From Thermomonas sp. (GTDB lineage Bacteria > Pseudomonadota > Gammaproteobacteria > Xanthomonadales > Xanthomonadaceae), in NCBI GenBank assembly GCA_036405455.1, contig DASWXO010000008.1:2731-66730 (forward strand): a stretch of DNA of 64,000 nucleotides, written 5' to 3'. How positions within the stretch are numbered: position 1 is the first letter of the stretch; every line of letters begins with the position of its first letter. Below are positions 34,797 through 43,235 of this stretch, piece after piece. A model generated the notes under the pieces. It saw nothing but the letters and a program-made list of their open reading frames with translations, was not told the DNA's origin and did not search any database. The position numbers and the translations under genes are program-made.

Positions 34797-35171
34797 TCAC
34801 CCATACTGTCCCGACGAAATCGTCTGCAGGTAACGTAGAGTTCTCTCCGCTTCGCCATCGCGTACCGTGTCGAACAGCATCCGATGATCCAGTGGGCTGA
34901 TCCGCGTTACCGTCATTCGGACGGCCGCCAGTCCTGCGTCTGACTGCACCGCCAACAGGCTTTCGAACACGCCAACGAATGGCCGAAGCTACTGCTGGAT
35001 CGATCCATCATCTGGGCATTGCTGCAGGCTGTCGATATCCAAGCGAAGCGCCTCCGCCAGCTCCGGCTCGGAGACCCCAAGTGCCTGTGCAAAGCGCGCG
35101 TGCGACTGGGCATCGCACCCCTCATCCTTGAACACGCTTTCCGATGCTTGATCCTGATGCGTCATTTGCAC
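34797..35171 (-). pseudogene. Xre-HTH + DUF2384 antitoxin-like gene with an in-frame TAG (34989-34991)
   Basis: Reading through the TAG gives ...ARFAQALGVSEPELAEALRL...IQQ*LRPF...LFDTVRDGEAERTLRYLQTISSGQYG, 125 codons in one frame. Confidence 0.65.
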
Positions 35172-35268
35172 TCCCTTTTCTCTCTCAAACTACGCTCCAC
35201 AGCAACCTTCCCGACTCTCTGGACCACTTGCCCCCCTCGCAAGAGGGAGGCTAGATCTGCGCTCAGCC

Positions 35269-35640
35269 CTACGACAGGTTGCAGTGCATGATCGCGAAGC
35301 AGTAGTTGGTTCCCGGCGGGCAACTCGCAATGAGTTCCAGCGCTGCTTGTGGGATCCAGCGGGTAATGCTCCGCGTGGTCGCGCTGGACATATCTCCGAT
35401 GACGTCCAGCGCCACATGCTCCTTACAGTACTCAGGAACGTTTTTTTTGAAGGCATTCTTTGCGTGCTCCTCCGTTCCGCTGACAGCAACAAAGAGGGTT
35501 TCCCCTTCGCCCGTTGCGCCAAACGCGTAATAGGCGATGTGGCACTCAACTGGACGGTCGCCCTGCTCGAGGTCTTGCCCGAATGCCCCCTCCTGCGCCG
35601 CTAAGCCCGCCCCACCCTGCGCTCGAATATGTGCCTGCAT
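35269..35640 (-). CDS. Hypothetical protein (123 aa)
   Basis: GAGGAG RBS before MQAHIRA; co-oriented with neighbours. Confidence 0.6.
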   Translation of the reverse strand: MQAHIRAQGGAGLAAQEGAFGQDLEQGDRPVECHIAYYAFGATGEGETLFVAVSGTEEHAKNAFKKNVPEYCKEHVALDVIGDMSSATTRSITRWIPQAALELIASCPPGTNYCFAIMHCNLS

Positions 35641-35644
35641 TGCG

Positions 35645-35950
35645 CTACTCCTCGTACGCCAAATAGATCCTTTGCGACAACAGGCCCATGCTTCTGGCAT
35701 AGGTCACAGCCGCCTGCTCAGACGGGAACCACAGTGGTCGAGGGGCATTCCATCCGTCTGGACGGATGAGATTGGGCGCAGGCAGGGGCTCATCCCGCAG
35801 CACCCTGGTGAATCCTCGCCCTCGGACCACAAGTACCCACGAGGACGCTCTGCCATTGAACACCTGAACGGGCTCGATGACCCTGACCAGCCTGAACAGT
35901 CGGGCGATCTGGAGGGGAAACAGGGAGATCAATCCGTATCGCATCGGCAC
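35645..35950 (-). CDS. Hypothetical protein (~101 aa)
   Basis: Open frame ending 4 bp before the next start; start uncertain. Confidence 0.45.
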   Translation of the reverse strand: MPMRYGLISLFPLQIARLFRLVRVIEPVQVFNGRASSWVLVVRGRGFTRVLRDEPLPAPNLIRPDGWNAPRPLWFPSEQAAVTYARSMGLLSQRIYLAYEE

Positions 35951-36158
35951 ACCTTCTTAGGGCTCAGGAGCAAGGATTGCCGGAAGGCGTCTCGCCAGCT
36001 GCGACCGAATCCACTCGATTGAACACACTTGAAGCTTCGGGGGATGGGGCGTACCGCCCACAGTTCACCGCACTTTGAGCCGCTTATTCACGCATCCATC
36101 GCAACGGGTGGACCAATGAGTGACTGGATTGTGTGATCTGGCAGTGTGGGATGTGACC

Positions 36159-37028
36159 CTATCTGCGAAAGGTCAACACGTTGTCGCCATTGGGCTTAGA
36201 CGGCGACCACGGTCGATGGGGATGGCGGCCGTGCAAGCGCAGGTCATTCTCTGCGCTGGCCTGGTCGTACGCCCGAACCAGACTTCCAACCGCCATCAGC
36301 GGCTTGCCCCCATGGCGCTTCCACTGGCCGGACAACAGCGATCGCATCGCAACCGCCCCATCAGGCCAGTCACACCCCAGACGTTCCAGCGCGCCATGCA
36401 GCCGCGCGAGCCCCACCAGCTCATGGCCCAAGGCATACAGGTGAGCACCCCCCTCCGCGTAGCACCACAGCTTGCCCACGTCATGGGTGAGAGCGTGAGC
36501 GATCCCCACATCTCGTTCCATGCCTGTCAATCGCGGCGTGTCCCGAACGTTCTCTGCCATCTCGATTGAATGCACCGCCAAACCACCGGCATACGCATGG
36601 TGATGCGCCTTCGAGGCCTGGCACTGCCAGAAGTTTCGGTACACAGCCGGCATGGAAAACACGTTGCTGAGAAAGCGCCTCAGCGGCTCGGATTCACAGG
36701 CATCCACCACATCGCGACAGCGGAACACGATGTCGTCGCGCTCGCCGAACTGGTCCGGAATCAGGTTGAACACATCCAGCTCCGGCCTCGGCTGGATGCG
36801 GGTCACCACATGCGTTTCGCCCTCCGAGGTTTCCAGCGGCATCGCGCAAACCTCGGCCTTCAGTACCCGCTCGGTATCCTGGGCCATCGTCGGCAGCCAG
36901 GACCAAGCATCCATCTGACCGGCTTCCTGCAGGATCCTGAGGTGGCTTGCCCCCGAGTCGTAGGTGTGGACCTGCTCGACAATGGCGTTGATCAGGATCG
37001 TGCGGACATAGGGAATCTCGACTTCCAT
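36159..37028 (-). CDS. HD-domain phosphohydrolase (YhaM / TraI_2-MobH-like)
   Basis: HHHAYAGGLAVHSIEMAE and ALTHDVGK motifs; AAGGAG RBS. Confidence 0.82.
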   Translation of the reverse strand: MEVEIPYVRTILINAIVEQVHTYDSGASHLRILQEAGQMDAWSWLPTMAQDTERVLKAEVCAMPLETSEGETHVVTRIQPRPELDVFNLIPDQFGERDDIVFRCRDVVDACESEPLRRFLSNVFSMPAVYRNFWQCQASKAHHHAYAGGLAVHSIEMAENVRDTPRLTGMERDVGIAHALTHDVGKLWCYAEGGAHLYALGHELVGLARLHGALERLGCDWPDGAVAMRSLLSGQWKRHGGKPLMAVGSLVRAYDQASAENDLRLHGRHPHRPWSPSKPNGDNVLTFRR

Positions 37029-37043
37029 TTCGTACTCCTTGGT

Positions 37044-38363
37044 TTAGGCAACCTTCGAGGCGAGCAACTGATTCAGGGCACTGCGGAGCTGTTCAGCGGA
37101 CATCCCCGACAGCTGTTCGGGCGTGATCGACTGGAGCTCGGCAGGCGCCTTCTGTCCGTGGGCGCTGAGCAGCCCGGCGATCGCCAGCCCATCCTGACGC
37201 GCGAGGTTGGGGACGAAGCGCGAGTACACCGTGAACAACATCTGCGTATTGCTGTGCCCCATGAGTCGGGCGATCCACTCCGGACTCTCGCCCGAAGCCA
37301 ACATCAGCGTCGCCGTGGTGTGCCGCGTCTGGTAGGGACGACGCTTCTCCAATTCCAGAAAGCGCAGCAGCGGATACCAGATCCGGTTGGCGAAGTTGTG
37401 CGCATCGATCGGATTGCCTTCCCGGCTGCAGAACACGTATTCCACATCCGGATCCCGCTTCTCCCACTGCCGCTCCAACGCCTCCCTGACCATCGGCAGC
37501 ATCGGGATGTCCCGGATCGAGCTTTCGGTCTTGGCGTTCTCTTCGGACTCGCCTGCCGAGAACACCTCCCGGATCCGGATAACCCCTTGTTCGAAGTCGA
37601 CGTACTTCCACTTCAGTCCGTTGATTTCGCCGGTGCGCATGCCGGTGAAGAACCGACAGGTAACGTAGTTCCGAAAGTCCGGGCGAATGGTGTTGCGAAC
37701 CCTCTCCACCTCCGCCAGCGAGAACGGCTTGACGTCGGAGCGCCTCCCCTTCAGCCGTTTCACCCCCTTGAAGATGTCCGGCATCCCGAAGCGTTCGCTG
37801 GCTTCCGTCATGCACTGCCGCAGCAGACCCATCGTGCGGTTGACGGTCGTAGGCGACAGCTTGGCACTGGAGCGACCAGGAAGATCAGCCAACCTGGCGC
37901 GGAAGCTCAGCACATCGGCCTTGGTGATCGAATCGACCCGCCGGTTCCCGAACTCCGCCAACAGATGCGCGTCGAACGTCGCGTCCACGCTTTCACGATG
38001 CTGGCGCCGCCACTGCGGTGCCATTTCTTTGCGCCAAGTCACAGAAAAGTCTGAGAACGTCGGAGTACCGAGGTGGCTCTGGACGGTTGGCTCAAGGACT
38101 CCACCCTTCACAACGGGATACGCGCCGCTAGTGGGGCTCGGCAGATCCGCGAACTGCGCGGCTCTAGGGCTGCCCGGAAACGTAGCGCCGTAATCGAACT
38201 GCCCCTGCTTGATCTCCTTGGAGACTCTGTTCATCAGCGACTGGACACGCCGTCGATTCTCCGCCGTATCTGGCAGGGCCGTCTGCTCTCTGCAGCGGAC
38301 TCCCCGATAGTAGAAATCCAAAAACAGCAGGCCGTTGTCCTTGCGGGCGCGGACCTTAGCCAT
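37044..38363 (-). CDS. int: Tyrosine integrase with N-terminal arm-DNA-binding (DUF3596-like) domain
   Basis: MAKVRARKDNGLLFLDFYYRGVRCRE; TGMRTGE, AKT, YQTRHT, MGHSNTQMLFTVY (full R-K-x-R-H-Y set). Confidence 0.92.
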   Translation of the reverse strand: MAKVRARKDNGLLFLDFYYRGVRCREQTALPDTAENRRRVQSLMNRVSKEIKQGQFDYGATFPGSPRAAQFADLPSPTSGAYPVVKGGVLEPTVQSHLGTPTFSDFSVTWRKEMAPQWRRQHRESVDATFDAHLLAEFGNRRVDSITKADVLSFRARLADLPGRSSAKLSPTTVNRTMGLLRQCMTEASERFGMPDIFKGVKRLKGRRSDVKPFSLAEVERVRNTIRPDFRNYVTCRFFTGMRTGEINGLKWKYVDFEQGVIRIREVFSAGESEENAKTESSIRDIPMLPMVREALERQWEKRDPDVEYVFCSREGNPIDAHNFANRIWYPLLRFLELEKRRPYQTRHTTATLMLASGESPEWIARLMGHSNTQMLFTVYSRFVPNLARQDGLAIAGLLSAHGQKAPAELQSITPEQLSGMSAEQLRSALNQLLASKVA

Positions 38364-38622
38364 GGGCCAACCCGCCGTTGGCCATCGGGATGCCCATGCC
38401 CGCGGTCGGCGCCATGCGGCTACCCGGTGCCTTGCTCGCGGAGAACTTGCCAATGTCCCGTTCGATCGTCTCGCGGATGAAAAGGAGCTTCCGGCCGCCA
38501 AACGGGCGGATGTAGTGCACGCCCTCCAGCAGCACGGCGTCCTTCAGGCGGGTACGGATGGTCCTGGAGTCGTAGTGGATGATCTCGGCGAGCTGATCGG
38601 TGGTAAGGTACGTCTGGTTCAT
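38356..38622 (-). CDS. Putative excisionase / recombination directionality factor (winged helix)
   Basis: MNQTYLTTDQLAEIIHYDSRTIR...GVHYIRPFGGRKLLF; AAGGAG RBS; overlaps the int start. Confidence 0.7.
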   Translation of the reverse strand: MNQTYLTTDQLAEIIHYDSRTIRTRLKDAVLLEGVHYIRPFGGRKLLFIRETIERDIGKFSASKAPGSRMAPTAGMGIPMANGGLAHG

Positions 38623-38679
38623 TTCTGCGCTCCTTGTTTCGTACGTGATGCACATGCACCGCTCTTGATCCACAGTGCC

Positions 38680-38740
38680 TTTGTATCACAAACGAATCGT
38701 AAAGCAATGTAAATGATACATATGCACCGAATACGATTCA
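38680..38740. promoter_or_regulatory. Divergent AT-rich promoter/operator region between xis-int and xre-pglW
   Basis: Interleaved inverted repeats TGTATCA/TGATACA (38682-88, 38714-20) and GAATCGTA/TACGATTC (38694-701, 38732-39); the latter gives a TACGAT -10-like box on each strand. Confidence 0.6.
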
Positions 38741-38756
38741 GCTAAGGTTCAGATCA

Positions 38757-39017
38757 ATGCTCAGGTTCAAGCTCAAAGAGCGCATCGCAGACAAGGAATT
38801 CAAAGAGGGGAGGCGCATCTCCCTGACAGAAGTTGCAGACGTGACCGGTATCGGCCGCATCACGTTGTCGCGGATGCTCAACAGGGGCACGAACGTGCGC
38901 TCGGACACGCTGGATCGCCTGTGTGCCTACTTCGATTGCAGGATTGAAGACCTGGTCGAGTACATCGCCGACGATGCCGCCGCCTATCAGGGCACCGCGA
39001 CGCAGCAGCGAGGCTAG
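38757..39017 (+). CDS. Xre/Cro-C1 family HTH transcriptional regulator
   Basis: ISLTEVADVTGIGRITLSRM...TLDRLCAYFDCRIEDLVEY. Confidence 0.9.
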   Translation: MLRFKLKERIADKEFKEGRRISLTEVADVTGIGRITLSRMLNRGTNVRSDTLDRLCAYFDCRIEDLVEYIADDAAAYQGTATQQRG

Positions 39018-39020
39018 GGC

Positions 39021-42000
39021 ATGGCCACAGGGGACAGCCGCTGGCACGTCGTACATCCATCGGCCCATGCGCACGAACAGCAGGCCCTGGATCTGCTGCG
39101 CGAGCACCTGCCCGACTTCCCGCCGTTCCGCGCCTGGTCGAACTTCGAGTTCATCGCCGAAGACGGCAGCATCAATGAAGTCGACGCGCTGGTGGTGTCC
39201 AGCGACCGCATCTACCTGGTCGAGATCAAGCACTGGGCCGGCTACATCAGCGGCAACCAGAACAGCTGGCTGATCCGCTCGCCCAGCGGCCGCGAGCGTT
39301 ACGAGGAAAACCCGCTGCTGCTGGCCAACCGCAAGGCGCGCAAGCTCAAGTCGCTATTGGGTCGCCAGCAGGCCTTCCACAAGGGCCAGGTGCCGTACAT
39401 CCAGGCCGCCGTGTTCCTGTCCGAACCGCAGGTCGAACTGGCGCTGGACGAGATCGCCACCCAGCATGTTTACCTGCGCCCCGATGCCCGCCACCGCAGC
39501 GGCGCACACAGCATCATCGACGTGATCCAGGGCCGCGCCACCCAGGCCGAAGGCCGCCCCGGCATTGGCCGCGACACCGAACGCGCCCTGGCCCGCGCGA
39601 TGGACCAGCTCGGCCTGCGCAAGCGCACCCGCGCCGCCACCGTCGGCGACTACCTGCTCACCGGCCTGATCGCAGAAAACGACCGCTACCAGGACTGGCA
39701 GGCCACCCACCAGCGCGTGGCCAGCGACCACAAGCGCATCCGCATCTTCCCCCACGCCCAGCGTGCGGCCGAGGCCGAAAAGCGCGAGCGCAAGGACATC
39801 GCCACCCGCGAGTACGCGCTGCTGCGCGACATCCGCCACGACGCCATCCTCAGCCCGCGCCAGCTCACCGAGAGCGACATCGGCCCGGCCCTGGTCTACG
39901 ACTTCGATCCCGATGCGCAGCGCCTGGATCACCTGATCGATGCCGCCACCGCAGCCCCCGGCTTCGACCAGCGGCTGGAGCTGATCCGCGCCATCGCCGA
40001 AGCCCTGGCTTACGCGCACAGCCGCAATGTCTACCATCGCGCACTCAGTCCCTGGACCATCGAGCTGCACCGCGATACCCAGGGCAAGGCGCGCCCGGTG
40101 CTGCGCGACTGGCAGAGCGGCATCGCCAGCCAGGACAGCACCGCCGACACCCGCATGACCATGCACCTGGGCCAGCAGGCCGGAGTGATCGACAATCCGC
40201 GATCGGCCATCTACGCCTCGCCCGAAGTCGTGGCTGGCCACGGCTACGACCCGGTCGCGATCGACATCTTCTCGCTCGGCGCGCTCACCTACGCCCTGTT
40301 CGGCGGCCGCCATCCGGCGGCCAGCGTCGAAGAGATGCTCGACAAATGCCGCCGCGGCCCGGGCCTGATGATGTCCGAGGCGCTGGACGGCGCGCCCGAC
40401 AGCCTGCAGGTGCTGGTGCAGGCGGCCACCGATCCCAACCCCGCCGATCGCCCGTCCGATGTGCGCGAGTTTCTGCGCATGCTCGACGACGTGGAAGAAG
40501 AGCTGACCGCGCCCGAGCCCGAGCGCGGCGCGCTCCCGGCCGACGCCCGCCAGGGCGACCTGCTCACCGGTGGCTTCAAGGTCCTGCGCCGCCTGGGCGC
40601 CGGCTCCACCTGCCACGCGCTGGCGGTGGAGAACCCGGAAGGCCAGCAGGGGGTGCTCAAGGTCGCCAAGGATCCGTCTTTCAACGAGCGCCTGCGGCAG
40701 GAGTACGACACCCTGCTGGACGTGCCGCATCCGAATATCGTCAAGGCCTTCGGCGTCCACGAGATCGACGGCCTGACCGCGATCTTCATCGAGCAGGCCG
40801 GCCACCGCACCATGGGCCAGCGACTGCGCGAACAGGGACCGCTCTCGCTCGACCTGCTCGAACGCTTCGGCGATGAACTGCTCGCCGTGCTGGTGCACCT
40901 GGAGCGCGAGGGCATCAACCATCGCGACATCAAGCCCGAGAACATCGGCCTGGGCGAAACCCGCAAGCGCGCCCTGACCCTGAAGCTGTTCGACTTCTCC
41001 CTGGCGCGCGCCCCGGCCGAGAACATCCGCGCCGGCACCCCGCCGTACCTGGACCCGTTCCTCAGCCTGCGCCAGCCGCCGCGCTGGGACCTGCACGCTG
41101 AGCGCTTCGCCGCCGCCATGACCCTGCACGAAATGGCCACCGGCACCCTGCCCACTTGGGGCACGGCCGGCCAGGACCCGGCCAGCAGCGACGAAGACGC
41201 TAGCTTGGACGTGGAGAAGTTCGACGCCTCCATCCGCGACGGCCTGGCCGACTTCTTCCGCCGCGCCCTGCACCGCGACAGCAGGAAGCGCTTCGACAAC
41301 GCCGACCTGATGCACCTGGCCTGGAAGAACCTCTTCCGCCATATCGACCAGGCCACCACCACCGACGACGACCGCGACGGCAGCACCACGCTCGACTTCT
41401 CCCGCGTGGACAACCTCACCCATGCCACGCCGCTGTCCGAGCTGGGCCTGAGCGCGCGCGAGCTCAACGCCGCCGACCGCATCGGCGCCACCACGGTCGG
41501 CCAACTGCTGGCCCTGCCCGGCATCCGCTTCTACCGCAACCGCGGCATCGGCCAGCAGATCACCCGCCGCCTGCGCCAGGTGCGCGAGGCGCTGGCCGCG
41601 CACCTGGGCCAGGCGGCAGCCCCGGACCTGCCCGACGACCAGCCCGGTGCCTGGAGCATCGACCGCCTGGTCAAGGCGCTGGAGGGCACCAAGCTCGAAG
41701 CCGGCGAGGCCGAGATCATCAACCACTGGCTCGGCCTGGCCGACGCCACCCCGGCCGCCACCCTCGACCTGCCCAGCCAGCGCGAAGTGGCCGAAGCCAC
41801 CGGCAGCAGCCGTGCCCAGGTCCAGGCCGCCATCGACCGCGCCGCCGGCAAGTGGGCCAAGAACAGCTGGATGACCGCCCTGCGCGACGAAGTGGCCGCC
41901 TACCTGCAGCGCCGCGAATCCATCGCCAGCGTGGCCGAAGTCGCCAGCGGCCTGCTCATCGCCCGCGGCTCAACTGCCGGTGAAGCCGAGCGCCAGCGCC

Positions 42001-43235
42001 TGTCCGCCGCGGTGCTCCAGGCCGCGCTGGAAGTCGAAGCCACCCGCGAATCCGCCCGCTACGTGCTCTACCGCGGCCACGCCGTGCCGCTGCTGGTGAG
42101 CACCGAAGGGCAGGGCGGCGAACCGCATGCCTCCACCGCCGAGCGCACCGGTTTTGCCGAAGCACTGGCCGAAGAAGCCACCAGGCTGGCCGCCGAAGAC
42201 CCCTTGCCCAGCCCGCGCCGCGCCGAGCAGGCGCTGATGGCCGTCCCCGCACCGGCCGGCGACCCGCCCATGACCCCCGAACGCCGCCTGCGCCTGGCCC
42301 AGGCCGTCGCCCCCGGCGTGGCCCTGTCCAGCCGGCAGGAGCTGTATCCGGTGGGCCTGTCCGCCGAGCGCGCCCTGCGCCTGGGCGCCAACACCCTGCT
42401 CGGCGCGCGCCGCTTGAGCGTGGAGCAGCTGCACGCCCGCATCCACAGCCGCTTCGCCATGGCCGAGCGCCTGCCCGGCCGCCCAGCGCTGGACCGCCTG
42501 CTGCAGCAGATCGACTTCCCCCTGCAGTGGTACGAGGCCGGCGACGGCTTGCCCGCCGGCTACGCCATGCCGCAGCAGGCCAGCGGCGCCACCCGCCACA
42601 CCAGCACCCTGCGGCGCATGACCACCGCCGTGCACGGTGATGCCGACTCCCCGGACGCGCAGCAGGCGCGCGCCTTCGACGCCACCGTGCGCCGCGCGCT
42701 GCATGCCGGACGTGTGCTGCTGGTCAGCGCCGACCTGAAATGGGTGGAAGCCGCCGCCCCCGAGCTGTGCCAGCAGTACGCCCTCACCGCGCTCAGCCTC
42801 GACCAACTGCTGATCGACGCGCTCAAGGCCCAGGCCGGCCGGATCGGTGCCGACTGGCGCGTAGTGCGCCAGGCCGACGCCGCCGTGCAGGCCAGCGCCG
42901 ACTGGCGCCGCCTGACCGCCCTGGTCGAGCGCGCCATCCCGGCCGTGGTCGAACAGCTCCGCGACGACCCGCGCCCACTGCTGCTCCAGCATCCGGGCCT
43001 GCTGGTCCGCTACGGCCAGGTCGATCTGATCCAGCGCCTGCGCGACGCCGCCAGCGCCGGCCAACGCCCCGCGCGCCTGCTGCTGCTGCCCGGCGACAGC
43101 CACCAGCCGCCGATGCTCGACGGCGTGGTGTTGCCCGTCATCACCCCCGCCGACTGGACCCACCTGCCCCGGTCCTGGCTGGAAAACCGCCACCGCGCGG
43201 CCCCGGCCGCCACCATTTCCGGAACCACCGCGTGA
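39021..43235 (+). CDS. pglW: BREX type 2 serine/threonine kinase PglW (NERD + two kinase domains + alpha-CTD-like HhH)
   Basis: NERD EVDALVV...VEIKHW; kinase 1 HRALSP; kinase 2 HRDIKPEN...DFSLA; LSELGLSARELNA. Confidence 0.93.
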   Translation: MATGDSRWHVVHPSAHAHEQQALDLLREHLPDFPPFRAWSNFEFIAEDGSINEVDALVVSSDRIYLVEIKHWAGYISGNQNSWLIRSPSGRERYEENPLLLANRKARKLKSLLGRQQAFHKGQVPYIQAAVFLSEPQVELALDEIATQHVYLRPDARHRSGAHSIIDVIQGRATQAEGRPGIGRDTERALARAMDQLGLRKRTRAATVGDYLLTGLIAENDRYQDWQATHQRVASDHKRIRIFPHAQRAAEAEKRERKDIATREYALLRDIRHDAILSPRQLTESDIGPALVYDFDPDAQRLDHLIDAATAAPGFDQRLELIRAIAEALAYAHSRNVYHRALSPWTIELHRDTQGKARPVLRDWQSGIASQDSTADTRMTMHLGQQAGVIDNPRSAIYASPEVVAGHGYDPVAIDIFSLGALTYALFGGRHPAASVEEMLDKCRRGPGLMMSEALDGAPDSLQVLVQAATDPNPADRPSDVREFLRMLDDVEEELTAPEPERGALPADARQGDLLTGGFKVLRRLGAGSTCHALAVENPEGQQGVLKVAKDPSFNERLRQEYDTLLDVPHPNIVKAFGVHEIDGLTAIFIEQAGHRTMGQRLREQGPLSLDLLERFGDELLAVLVHLEREGINHRDIKPENIGLGETRKRALTLKLFDFSLARAPAENIRAGTPPYLDPFLSLRQPPRWDLHAERFAAAMTLHEMATGTLPTWGTAGQDPASSDEDASLDVEKFDASIRDGLADFFRRALHRDSRKRFDNADLMHLAWKNLFRHIDQATTTDDDRDGSTTLDFSRVDNLTHATPLSELGLSARELNAADRIGATTVGQLLALPGIRFYRNRGIGQQITRRLRQVREALAAHLGQAAAPDLPDDQPGAWSIDRLVKALEGTKLEAGEAEIINHWLGLADATPAATLDLPSQREVAEATGSSRAQVQAAIDRAAGKWAKNSWMTALRDEVAAYLQRRESIASVAEVASGLLIARGSTAGEAERQRLSAAVLQAALEVEATRESARYVLYRGHAVPLLVSTEGQGGEPHASTAERTGFAEALAEEATRLAAEDPLPSPRRAEQALMAVPAPAGDPPMTPERRLRLAQAVAPGVALSSRQELYPVGLSAERALRLGANTLLGARRLSVEQLHARIHSRFAMAERLPGRPALDRLLQQIDFPLQWYEAGDGLPAGYAMPQQASGATRHTSTLRRMTTAVHGDADSPDAQQARAFDATVRRALHAGRVLLVSADLKWVEAAAPELCQQYALTALSLDQLLIDALKAQAGRIGADWRVVRQADAAVQASADWRRLTALVERAIPAVVEQLRDDPRPLLLQHPGLLVRYGQVDLIQRLRDAASAGQRPARLLLLPGDSHQPPMLDGVVLPVITPADWTHLPRSWLENRHRAAPAATISGTTA

